Positions 21,942 through 31,077 are shown, counted from the whole stretch's first letter. The stretch: DNA of 62,543 nucleotides, filler included, from 7 parts of 7 records of this genome joined end to end with filler, not necessarily neighbours in it; one strand, 5' to 3'. Notes: a model not told the origin generated them from the letters alone. Numbers and translations: made by a program.

Positions 21942-23366
21942 TTATATCATGTGCAAACTTTTATTCATGGCCACTCTTCTTACTCGAGCAAAATTCCGTG
22001 GGGTACAAATACCTTCCCCTGTTGGACTCGCTATTGTATGAGAGAAATATCCTTCTCCGCCATAACCGCCATTGCCTGCAAGGCTTGGCCCATTGACAAC
22101 GACAATATCCGTATCAATTGCTTTTGAAAATTCCGTAATATTGTCCAGATTATTTGAATGGATCATAGCCGTATGTTGGAAGCCATGTTCCGCTTTGACA
22201 GCCATTTGAATGGCCTCTTTGGCATTTCTGGCGCGAACTACAGGTAAAAACGGCATCATTTGTTCTTCCTGAACAAACACATGATCAAAGTCAGTTTCTC
22301 CATACAGAATTCGTACGTCATCGGAAATAGCAAGATTGGCAGCTTGCGCTAAAATCCGCGCGTTTTTGCCAATATAATCCCGACCGACGACAACCTGTCC
22401 CTTTGCGTTCTTTGAAAACGCTTTCTCTGTTAATTGCTGAATTTGTGAAGAATTCAACCTTACAGCACCTTGATTTGCCATCTCCTGCATAAAAGCATCG
22501 TACACCGAGTCCACGACAAAGACTTCCTTTTCAGCAATGCAGAGGATATTATTGTCAAAAGAAGCCCCTTCAATAATATATTGTGCCGCTTTTTGCAGGC
22601 ATGCTGTCTCGTCCACGACAACCGGTGGATTTCCAGGACCAGCAGCAACCACCTTTTTACCGGATTCAAAAGCCGCTTTTACCAAACCCGGACCACCGGT
22701 TGCTGCAATCATTGGTGTGCGGGGATGGTGAAACAGTTTCTGTACACTCTCCATGGTAGGAGTCCGAACCATAGAGATAAGATTGGCAGGTCCACCATTA
22801 TCCTGTATCGCTTTATTAAATATCTCCATAGCATAGGCAGAAACATTTTTTGCTGCCGGATGGACATTAAACACAACTCCGTTTCCAGGCGCGATCATAA
22901 TGATTGTACTGTTTAACAACACCGGGATCGGATGTGTTGATGGTGTAATACCAGCAATAACACCATAAGGAGCGTAATCTTCAAAAACAGTTCCTTTATC
23001 TCCGCTCCAGACTCTTTTCTCCAAATCTTCCATTCCAGGAGTCGCATCTGCAGAGTTATGATGTTTGACAATTTTGTCTTCCAACCGGCCCATACCGGTT
23101 TCTTCAAGTGCACGCCGGGCAAATTCATCAGCATGAGCGTGCATGGCCTGACGCAGAGCCGCGATAACCTTTTCTTTGGTCTCGTTTGGCGTTTTAAGCC
23201 ATATCTTTTGTGCCTGGGTAGTCGCTTCAATGGCCTCTTCAACATCATCAAATATACCATTTTTGACAGATGTTTGTTTTAATTGTGATAATGTCTCCCG
23301 ATTCTCAAGCTCTGACATGACATTTCTCACTATTTCTGCCACTAAATTTTGATCTAATTCTGACAT
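21942..23366 (-). CDS. CoA-acylating aldehyde dehydrogenase (EutE/PduP family) with N-terminal encapsulation peptide
   Basis: AGPGNPPVVVDETA, ASFDNNILCIAEKE, EQMMP, TIASPTGEG; N-term LDQNLVAEIVRNVMSEL. Confidence 0.93.
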   Translation of the reverse strand: MSELDQNLVAEIVRNVMSELENRETLSQLKQTSVKNGIFDDVEEAIEATTQAQKIWLKTPNETKEKVIAALRQAMHAHADEFARRALEETGMGRLEDKIVKHHNSADATPGMEDLEKRVWSGDKGTVFEDYAPYGVIAGITPSTHPIPVLLNSTIIMIAPGNGVVFNVHPAAKNVSAYAMEIFNKAIQDNGGPANLISMVRTPTMESVQKLFHHPRTPMIAATGGPGLVKAAFESGKKVVAAGPGNPPVVVDETACLQKAAQYIIEGASFDNNILCIAEKEVFVVDSVYDAFMQEMANQGAVRLNSSQIQQLTEKAFSKNAKGQVVVGRDYIGKNARILAQAANLAISDDVRILYGETDFDHVFVQEEQMMPFLPVVRARNAKEAIQMAVKAEHGFQHTAMIHSNNLDNITEFSKAIDTDIVVVNGPSLAGNGGYGGEGYFSHTIASPTGEGICTPRNFARVRRVAMNKSLHMI

Positions 23367-23377
23367 ATAAAAATCCT

Positions 23378-24046
23378 TTAAAGTATAATGCCTAAATTAT
23401 TTTGTGGTGAAAGACCCGCTGCATTTGCTTCATCTGTATCCACATGCATTTCCAGTTTTAAATTTTCCTTAATCCTGACAACCACATTTTTGAGTACAAC
23501 ACTCATCTTACCTTGTGTTTTCACGTCTACTTTTTGACCATTCTCCAATCCTAATCTGACCGCATCCTCAGGGCTAACATGAAGATGTCTCATGGCCCTG
23601 ATGGCCCCCTCTTTTAATTGTAAAACGCCTTTGGGTCCTATAAGGACGAGAGGTGCGGAGTCTTTTATATCACCGGACAAACGATGCGGTAAATCAATGC
23701 CTAAATAAATTCCGTCTGAATAAGATAACTCAACCTGAGTAAAGGGACGGGTTGGGCCCAGAATACGGACCTTTTCAAAATCCTCCGGTTTGGTCCAAAC
23801 GACAGTAACGGTCTCATTAGCAGCAAATTCACCAGGCTGATTTAGATCTTTTAGTTTTGTTAATTGATAGCCCTTTCCAAACAGGATTTCGACATGTTCC
23901 TGTGTTATGTGAAGATGTCGGGCTGAAATACCAATTGGGACGGTCCGCTCTGCCTGATCAGGAATTAATTTATTTACGACCTGGCGGACAATGCTTTCCA
24001 CCTGAGTTGCCAGGTCTTGCTGTGTTCCATTATTATTTAAAGCCAT
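23378..24046 (-). CDS. pduL: Phosphate acyltransferase PduL with N-terminal encapsulation peptide
   Basis: ISARHLH, VRILGP, QVELS, RHLH, EMHVDTDEANAA. Confidence 0.93.
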   Translation of the reverse strand: MALNNNGTQQDLATQVESIVRQVVNKLIPDQAERTVPIGISARHLHITQEHVEILFGKGYQLTKLKDLNQPGEFAANETVTVVWTKPEDFEKVRILGPTRPFTQVELSYSDGIYLGIDLPHRLSGDIKDSAPLVLIGPKGVLQLKEGAIRAMRHLHVSPEDAVRLGLENGQKVDVKTQGKMSVVLKNVVVRIKENLKLEMHVDTDEANAAGLSPQNNLGIIL

Positions 24047-24103
24047 GTCTTTACTTTCTTGTTGTTAAAATTCACCTAAATAATAAAGTCTTATTTCTGC
24101 TTA

Positions 24104-24409
24104 TTATAAATAATTTTTGTACAATTCTTTATCCGGAGCGGCTATAACAGCTTTGTTTACAAGTAAACCCTTCTTACTCACAACAGATGCGCCCACTTCG
24201 ACCGCTTCCCGAACAGAAGAAACATCACCAGTCATTGTTACAAAAGCTTTTCCACCCAGAGCCATGGCCAATCTTATTTCCATGAGCTGCACATCCGCAG
24301 CTTTAACTGCCGCGTCAGCAGCTTCCATTAATGAGCCCACGGAGAACGATTCGATAATTCCCAGCGAACCAAATTGCCGCACGATATTCGTCCCGGCTAC
24401 AGCAGGAAA
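24104..24409 (-). CDS. BMC-T (PduT-like) shell protein, 5' partial
   Basis: SLGIIESFS..AADAAVKAADV..IRLAMALGGKAF..GDVSSV preceded by linker; truncated at contig end. Confidence 0.85.
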   Translation of the reverse strand, partial: FPAVAGTNIVRQFGSLGIIESFSVGSLMEAADAAVKAADVQLMEIRLAMALGGKAFVTMTGDVSSVREAVEVGASVVSKKGLLVNKAVIAAPDKELYKNYL

Positions 24410-24509
24410 NNNNNNNNNNNNNNNNNNNNNNNNNNNNNNNNNNNNNNNNNNNNTTAATTAATTAANNNNNNNNNNNNNNNNNNNNNNNNNNNNNNNNNNN
24501 NNNNNNNNN
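24410..24509. other. Artificial contig spacer
   Basis: N44-TTAATTAATTAA-N44 (stops in all frames). Confidence 0.99.
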
Positions 24510-24534
24510 AAAATAATATTTAGGGGATAGTATA

Positions 24535-25713
24535 ATGATTTTCAGAAAAGAAATCAGGATAATCTCCTGTCTGCTGATAATAATGATATATCATATCTTC
24601 ATTACGTATATTCTGGACAATCCGGAAAATGGAGAAATAGCAAATATACTATTTTGGCTGTTATTAGGAGTAATATTATATACTTTTGGAAGAGAAAGGT
24701 CCCATGGGAAATTAAAGCATAAAGGCTATTATGTTCTTTGGATGTTCGTTGCCGGTGTACTATATATGCTTTCATATTTTTCAAGCGGGTTTATAGATGG
24801 ATTTGGGATAACTTTATTTGATACATCGCTGAAAGGTGTAATAAACAACATCATATATCTGGGGTCTGTAATTGTTCTGAAAGAATGGGTGAGATTTTAT
24901 CTGATTAACTCAGTACAGAAAAAGTTCAGTGGATATTTCGGTGCGGCATTAGTAATTGTTTACAGCTTTATGGAAATAAACTTGGTAACGGTATTTCAAC
25001 TGAGAGGCATAGAGTCAATAGTAGCATATTTATGCGCCAGTGTTTTGCCGGTGATAGCTCACCATTCATTTTTGACTCTGGGAGCTTATTTGGCGGGATT
25101 TGGAGCGACGACTATATATGCGCTGGCGGTAAAAGTTCCTCTATGGATACTTCCCGTGCTGCCTAATTCCAAGTGGATTACATTATTGCTGGTTGGTACG
25201 TTTATACCAATAATAGGAATGATGGTTCTGGGCAACACGCATAGAGCCAAAACAAGAAGGGGCAGAAAAAGAAAGGACGAAGAAGAGAACCCGTATTCTC
25301 TGTTGCTGACAGCAACGGTAGTGGTTTTGCTGGTATGGTTCTCGTTAAGAATTTTTCCTTTGTATCCTACTGTTATTGCATCAAACAGCATGTATCCTGA
25401 AATAAAAAGAGGAGATATGGTAATCGCACTAAGGGAAGAATATGATGAACTGCAGGTAGATGATATTATTGAATATCAATTGGAAGATTTTCGTGTAGTG
25501 CATCGTATTATTGAAATTAAATATGTAGACGGCAGTATTTTGCTGGTGACAAAAGGAGATGCAAACGAAATACAGGATGCCTTTATGGTTACCAGACAGC
25601 AGTATTTAGGGACAATTAAAACTGCAATACCATACATAGGTTACCCTACATTAATATTCAACAGTGCGCAGGATCAGGATTTAGTTGAAACCGGCGATAA
25701 CATTGATAACTAG
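24535..25713 (+). CDS. Signal peptidase I (S26, SipW/archaeal type) fused to N-terminal multi-TM domain
   Basis: IASNSMYPEIKRGD, VVHRII (Ser-His dyad), TKGDAN, IPYIGYP; ~7-8 hydrophobic segments upstream. Confidence 0.85.
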   Translation: MIFRKEIRIISCLLIIMIYHIFITYILDNPENGEIANILFWLLLGVILYTFGRERSHGKLKHKGYYVLWMFVAGVLYMLSYFSSGFIDGFGITLFDTSLKGVINNIIYLGSVIVLKEWVRFYLINSVQKKFSGYFGAALVIVYSFMEINLVTVFQLRGIESIVAYLCASVLPVIAHHSFLTLGAYLAGFGATTIYALAVKVPLWILPVLPNSKWITLLLVGTFIPIIGMMVLGNTHRAKTRRGRKRKDEEENPYSLLLTATVVVLLVWFSLRIFPLYPTVIASNSMYPEIKRGDMVIALREEYDELQVDDIIEYQLEDFRVVHRIIEIKYVDGSILLVTKGDANEIQDAFMVTRQQYLGTIKTAIPYIGYPTLIFNSAQDQDLVETGDNIDN

Positions 25714-25762
25714 ATAAGTATTAGCAAAAGGGCATATAGTACTGATTAAGGATGGTAGAATA

Positions 25763-26830
25763 ATGTTTACGATTAGTAAAAGAATGCGAAAAATTTTAAT
25801 ATTAATTTTGTCAGTAATAGCGCTGGGAATGGCTGTTTCTGCGATTATTGTTTACTTTTTCCCGGGTTATGAAAGTTCAAAGGAAATTAAGGCGAACGGA
25901 GAAATCACATCTGAGATTACCTATTCTGTCGTGATGGAAGAAAATCCTGTATATGATGAACAAACCGTAAGTGATGAAAAATATTATTTAAAGCCGTTTA
26001 CAAGCTATTTAGATATAGACTGCATTTTAAGTGTAACTACGGATAATAATGCAACAATAGACTGCACTAATGAAGTTTACGGACTGCTGATTTCGGAGGT
26101 TACAACAGAAGACGGCAAAGATACAGTATGGGAAAAAAGATATCATTATGCCGCTCAGCAAGTAAAAACAGTAACAGGCAGCAGGCTTGACTTAGACAGA
26201 GATGTATACATTGGACTGGATAACTATGAAGAGCTTACATCTACGCTAATTAATGACTACAATATCTTAACAGATTATTATTTAAGAGTAGTGTTTGAGA
26301 CTGAGATTACAATATCAACAGATGAAAAAAGTGAAACAAAGCTTGTAAAAACATATTTAGATATACCATTTGTAGACAATGTTATGGAGATAAAAAATAG
26401 CTCGCCTATCATTAGCGAAATATCATTGCAGGAAGATATAATCATAAAAAAAGAGCCTAATACTGAGCTGGTTTTTTTATTTTCAGCATTATTTGCCGCT
26501 AGCTTGATTTCGTTATTGATTGTAATTTTCAGAACAAAAGGGGTAGATAAAAGGGACGTATTTACAAACAAGATTGAAAAGATATTTAAAGAGTACGGAA
26601 ACAGGATGGCAGGGCTGACAGAAACATTAGCATATCAGTCCTCTGTAATGATTAGCATCGATAAAATTGAAGATATGGTAAAAATAGCAGATGAAATAGG
26701 GCAGACTATTTTCTACTACGAAGTTGATGAAAAAGATGAGAGGAAAATAGAGTTTTATGTATTTGATGAAGGCAGAATATATTACCTTGTAATTTTCGGC
26801 ACACTAAAACAGGAATTAGTCTATGGATAA
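25763..26830 (+). CDS. DUF5305-like membrane protein
   Basis: N- and C-terminal TM segments, ENPVY motif, IEDMVKIADEIGQTIF tail; follows signal peptidase. Confidence 0.65.
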   Translation: MFTISKRMRKILILILSVIALGMAVSAIIVYFFPGYESSKEIKANGEITSEITYSVVMEENPVYDEQTVSDEKYYLKPFTSYLDIDCILSVTTDNNATIDCTNEVYGLLISEVTTEDGKDTVWEKRYHYAAQQVKTVTGSRLDLDRDVYIGLDNYEELTSTLINDYNILTDYYLRVVFETEITISTDEKSETKLVKTYLDIPFVDNVMEIKNSSPIISEISLQEDIIIKKEPNTELVFLFSALFAASLISLLIVIFRTKGVDKRDVFTNKIEKIFKEYGNRMAGLTETLAYQSSVMISIDKIEDMVKIADEIGQTIFYYEVDEKDERKIEFYVFDEGRIYYLVIFGTLKQELVYG

Positions 26831-26863
26831 ATCAGTATAAAATAATATGTGTGATTTAAGCAG

Positions 26864-26908
26864 ATGGGGTGTCTCGGATTGTTTTTGAAACAATTTGGGA
26901 TGCCCCAT
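26864..26908. terminator. Stem-loop after DUF5305-like gene
   Basis: ATGGGGTGTCTCGGATTGTTT..AAACAATTTGGGATGCCCCAT; related copy at 28550-28589. Confidence 0.6.
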
Positions 26909-27022
26909 TGCAAAAAGAGATTGTATATGTGAATATTGTTTTTGTTTTTGTTTGTATATTAATGACGAAAAATATATAAACCATATAAAAACAAATAAAC
27001 CTTAAGTACAAACAGCCAAATG

Positions 27023-27055
27023 TTTAAGTTTAGTTTAAGGTTATCTATATATAAT
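27023..27055 (+). promoter_or_regulatory. CiaR-type (OmpR family) box plus -10
   Basis: TTTAAG-N5-TTTAAG-N10-TATAAT, upstream of GGAGG RBS. Confidence 0.7.
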
Positions 27056-27083
27056 GCAAGTGTAAAAAAAATGGAGGCAAATA

Positions 27084-28499
27084 ATGAAAAAGATATTTAG
27101 ATCAAGTTTAATAGCTATTTTTATTGCATTCAATATTTTGCTATTTACTGCATGTGATGACAGTACATCTGATACCACAGAATCAACAACACAAGAAACT
27201 ACAATAGCAGATGAGGAAACAACATCAACAGACCAACAGGGGGAAAATACCGAAGGAATGCCGGATGGCGAACCACCTGATGGAAATCCCGGCGGAGAAG
27301 ACGGCGAAGCTCCGGAAGGAATGTCTGGAGATGGCGAAAGCACAACCGTTGACCACGGTACATATGCCGCGTTGTTAACCGAAGATTCTTCGGATGAAAC
27401 CTATGAATCCACTGGAGATTCAGAAAACGCGGTAAGAGTTGACGGCGAGGAAGTAACATTAACAGATGTTACGATCAGCAAAACAGCAGGCTCGACAACC
27501 AGCGGAGATGACAGCAGCTTCTATGGCGTAAATGCAGGACTTCTTGCGCTAAATGGTGCTAATGTAACCATAGAAAATGCAGAGGTAACCACATCGGCAG
27601 AAGGCGCTAACGGCATATTCTCGTACGGAGAAGACACTGTTGTAAGCGTATCTAACTCAACCATAAGAACCACTGGGAATGCATCAGGCGGCATTATGGT
27701 CACAGGCGGCGGCACAATGTATGTGACCGACTGCGATATAGAAACTGACGGCGGCTCATCAGCAGCACTTAGGACAGACCGCGGCGGCGGAACTTTGGTT
27801 GTAGACGGCGGACAATATGTAGCCAACGGCAACGGTTCACCTGCAATTTACTGCACAGCCGATATAACTGTATCAAACGCAACATTAGAAGCAACTACAT
27901 CAGAGGCGGTTGTCGTAGAGGGCAAAAACTCAGTAACATTAATTGATTGCGACGTTACCGGCAATATGATAAAAGACGATGTAGAAAACCTGCAGAACGT
28001 TATGATATATCAAAGCATGTCAGGGGACGCTGATGTAGGAAAAAGCTACTTTACAATGGAGGGCGGCAGCCTGACAGGAAACAACGGCGACATGATATAT
28101 GTTACCAACACTTCCTGCGAAATCAGCCTTGAAAACGTTGAGCTCACCCTTTATAACGATGTATTATTGAAGGTAGTAGGAAACGATGCCAGAAATGGCT
28201 GGGGTACTGTTGGAAGTAACGGCGGTGATTGTATCTTCACAGCCACTAGTCAAGAACTAACAGGCGATATTATAGTAGATGAAATCTCTACACTTGATAT
28301 GTCACTATCAAATAGTTCAACATTCGCTGGTACAATTAATAACGAAAATGAAGGCGGCGAAGTAGCAGTTTATTTGGACGAAACAAGCACATGGACATTG
28401 TCGGGCGACTCCTATGTAACATCGGTCGATGGTTCACTAGATAATATTGATACAAACGGCTATACACTATATGTAAACGGAGTTGTGTTTGACCAATAG
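27084..28499 (+). CDS. Acidic lipoprotein with right-handed beta-helix/adhesin-like domain
   Basis: Lipobox FTAC; D/E/T/G/P-rich linker; repeated beta-helix-like segments (SAALRTDRGGG, SPAIYCT). Confidence 0.75.
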   Translation: MKKIFRSSLIAIFIAFNILLFTACDDSTSDTTESTTQETTIADEETTSTDQQGENTEGMPDGEPPDGNPGGEDGEAPEGMSGDGESTTVDHGTYAALLTEDSSDETYESTGDSENAVRVDGEEVTLTDVTISKTAGSTTSGDDSSFYGVNAGLLALNGANVTIENAEVTTSAEGANGIFSYGEDTVVSVSNSTIRTTGNASGGIMVTGGGTMYVTDCDIETDGGSSAALRTDRGGGTLVVDGGQYVANGNGSPAIYCTADITVSNATLEATTSEAVVVEGKNSVTLIDCDVTGNMIKDDVENLQNVMIYQSMSGDADVGKSYFTMEGGSLTGNNGDMIYVTNTSCEISLENVELTLYNDVLLKVVGNDARNGWGTVGSNGGDCIFTATSQELTGDIIVDEISTLDMSLSNSSTFAGTINNENEGGEVAVYLDETSTWTLSGDSYVTSVDGSLDNIDTNGYTLYVNGVVFDQ

Positions 28500-28549
28500 A
28501 AAAAAGCTGCAATATCCTAGTAGTTTTTAATACATCTTTATTTTAATAA

Positions 28550-28589
28550 GGGGTGTCCTAGATTGTTTATTAACTATCGGGGACACCCT
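28550..28589. terminator. Stem-loop after lipoprotein gene
   Basis: GGGGTGTCCTAGATTGTT..AACTATCGGGGACACCC. Confidence 0.55.
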
Positions 28590-28629
28590 ACCGTTATTTA
28601 TTTGAGCTGTGTAAATTGTGGCGACACTT

Positions 28630-28732
28630 TGCGAAAGTCGGGCATATTCTTTGTTAAAAGAAGATGCCTTTGCAGCGAAAGCAGTGTTTTAGAATAAAAC
28701 CTGCGAAAGTCGGGCAATATTCTTTGTTAAAA
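28630..28732. repeat. Two ~30-bp direct repeats 42 bp apart
   Basis: TGCGAAAGTCGGGCA(A)TATTCTTTGTTAAAA at 28630-28659 and 28702-28732. Confidence 0.85.
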
Positions 28733-28920
28733 TACTAGGACAGCCCTGTTCAATGGTATCGTACTCTGGTATAATTACTGCACATTTAAAGCATTATTTC
28801 AATTTTAGTGGCTATGTATAAGTGTGGGGGAAATCATGCAGTTAAGAGGGATTAGGAATAATTGACTAGGCAGAAAAAATTGAAGGGTGATGTATGTTCG
28901 ACTATTGAACCTTTGCAAAC

Positions 28921-28946
28921 GAAAAGCCAGCATAAGCTGACTTTTC
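28921..28946 (-). terminator. Rho-independent terminator of DUF1566 gene
   Basis: Minus strand GAAAAGTCAGC-TTAT-GCTGGCTTTTC. Confidence 0.6.
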
Positions 28947-29026
28947 TCAATTTCTTTAAAACTATACCATGAGCGGAGTTGTTGAATAATATCGTTATTG
29001 AGTTCCTGAGTTTAATTTTGACAACA

Positions 29027-30826
29027 TTAGTCTTCTATAACTCTGACAGCTCTAACCAAATTGAACACGCTTTGTTCATCACCCTGCGGTGCTTGTTCAT
29101 TTATATAGGGATAGTCGTCTCTGTCGCCGGTTTTAGCATCGCTTCTTTGGCATCCGGCACCGTGGACATCACATTCCTGAGAATTAATTGTTCCGTTACC
29201 TCTGCCGAATGCAATGTAAACGGCATTCCCGCCATAGACTTTTCCGTCAAGGTGAGTGGTAGATGTCCAGTAGTATCCATAGTCTGCAGAGCCGAAAACA
29301 TTTGTGATTTCTGTTGCGTAGAACATTTCATCAATGGCTGCTGAATCTGTAGTGTCAGGAGATCTTGTGTAATCCACTATGCTTTGAAGTTCCTTGGCAT
29401 CCGGCAGCTTCCAATCGTCATAACCTGCAAACTCTAAATCTTCGCACCATTCCAGAGAATCTTCCCAGTCCATTGTGCCATCGTTCGCATCCCCTGCGTT
29501 GTAATATCCTGAATCATATGTCATCCACATTAATCCTGTTGAAAGGTCGGTTATTGTTCCGTCACCGTTGTCGACAAACATATTTTGACCATAGCTGGTG
29601 TTGCCTCTGACATAATAGACATAGAATTCTTTTGTAGTAGGATATCCTTTTATTCTGCCGTCTGCAAAGTTATAGCCAAACATAGTAGAATTACCATCCA
29701 TTGTGAAGTAATCATAGATTGTGCTTGTTGCCATTTGAGAATCTATTATTCTTTCTCCGGCTGACTCATCCCCATAGCTGAAGACAAAGTAATCCGTATC
29801 TAAATATGGAGCTCCGTCTTCACCTGTATTTGATGTTTCCCCTGAAAACTGGACTATGGAATAAAGCTCCTTTATTGTTGGCAGTCTCCAGTCATCATAT
29901 CCGCCTAAGTTAAATGTTTCTAAGTTTTCAACGGCTTCTTCCCATGTCATTTTCTCGCCCGGGTCTTGCTGCCACATCAGTCCTGTTACGTTGTCTGTTA
30001 TTGTGCCGTCGCCATTATCTGTATAGCTTGATTGAGTTGTGCTGTAGCTAGCATCCTGACCATAAAATGATTGACCTTCGCTAGGCTCTGATATCGTACC
30101 GTCGTTGTCATAGAATTCTGTCGTATTTGTATCGACTATTGGATATCCGCCTACTGTTGCAGTGTATCCTACATCTGCTAACAATGCTTCTTCTATTGCG
30201 TTTGCTTCACTTACACTTAACATTCCAGACAATAAACCGCTGTCGCTTTTAGATTCCTCCGATTGACTATCCTGAGATTCTTCTTGCTTTTGCTCTCTTC
30301 CGTTAGATGTTTGATTTGTGTTGCTATCATTTGAATCGTGATCCGGCAGCTGATTGTTACTGTTTTCATTTTTGACATCTAACTGTGCTAATATGTCCTG
30401 TAATGCTTCAGCTTGTTCCTCGGTAATAATGCCTTCCTCCACAGCTGCCGTCAATGGATTTGACAACACTGCATTGTTGCTGTCTTTGGCGTTTTCACCT
30501 TGCTGACCTGATTGTGTCTGATTACTTGTCTTATTATCTTTGATGAAGTTAGCCAGCTCTTCGGCTTGCTCCTGAGTAATCACTCCGCTTTCCACATATT
30601 CATTAAATGCAGAAAGAATGTCGCTCTGAGTGTTGCCGGATTTTTCGGTATTTACTGTTTCTGAATTTGCATTGTCGGTGACATTTACTTCGCCTTTATT
30701 TGGTGTGCTGTTGGCTGTATTGTTATTATCTAGGGTGTCAGTGTCGCTTTGTGCTTCTGTACAGCCCGATGCAAACAGCATTGCAAAAACTAATAGCAAG
30801 ATACATATTTTTTTTATTATTTTCAT
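29027..30826 (-). CDS. Lipoprotein with two DUF1566 (Lcl C-terminal-like) domains
   Basis: RBS AAGGAG before ATG 30826; lipobox ASGC; DNGDGTITD..TGLMW..W(R/K)LP..KEL twice; VRAVR end. Confidence 0.85.
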   Translation of the reverse strand: MKIIKKICILLLVFAMLFASGCTEAQSDTDTLDNNNTANSTPNKGEVNVTDNANSETVNTEKSGNTQSDILSAFNEYVESGVITQEQAEELANFIKDNKTSNQTQSGQQGENAKDSNNAVLSNPLTAAVEEGIITEEQAEALQDILAQLDVKNENSNNQLPDHDSNDSNTNQTSNGREQKQEESQDSQSEESKSDSGLLSGMLSVSEANAIEEALLADVGYTATVGGYPIVDTNTTEFYDNDGTISEPSEGQSFYGQDASYSTTQSSYTDNGDGTITDNVTGLMWQQDPGEKMTWEEAVENLETFNLGGYDDWRLPTIKELYSIVQFSGETSNTGEDGAPYLDTDYFVFSYGDESAGERIIDSQMATSTIYDYFTMDGNSTMFGYNFADGRIKGYPTTKEFYVYYVRGNTSYGQNMFVDNGDGTITDLSTGLMWMTYDSGYYNAGDANDGTMDWEDSLEWCEDLEFAGYDDWKLPDAKELQSIVDYTRSPDTTDSAAIDEMFYATEITNVFGSADYGYYWTSTTHLDGKVYGGNAVYIAFGRGNGTINSQECDVHGAGCQRSDAKTGDRDDYPYINEQAPQGDEQSVFNLVRAVRVIED

Positions 30827-30981
30827 AGTTGTTGCTCCTTTTTCATTTTGTCTGGTATTCATAACTAGAGAATATACAGAATTTGTCACAACCATATAAC
30901 AAAGAAACTACCCTAAAAAATAAGAACAGTTTCGAAAATGGCATATAGCATTGCGTAATTTGATTATTGATAAGTAAGATG

Positions 30982-31077
30982 CTAAAAATCAAAAATTTTC
31001 TTCAATTCCTTAGCCTGCCGGCGGCTTACGGAAACTTCGCTGGTTTCTTTATCTGACATAATAAGATAGCAGCTTCC
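30982..31077 (-). CDS. C-terminus of LytTR-family regulator (5' partial, not in ORF track)
   Basis: Reads GSCYLIMSDKETSEVSVSRRQAKELKKIFDF*, matching the LytTR terminal VSR motif. Confidence 0.75.
   Translation of the reverse strand, partial: GSCYLIMSDKETSEVSVSRRQAKELKKIFDF

Noticed and set aside
28630-28732. CRISPR array
   Set aside because: Only two repeats, no cas genes, no typical repeat terminus; kept only as an unexplained repeat.
28500-29200. Diversity-generating retroelement targeting the DUF1566 gene
   Set aside because: No reverse transcriptase and no adenine-variant copy of the gene's 3' end seen in this contig.
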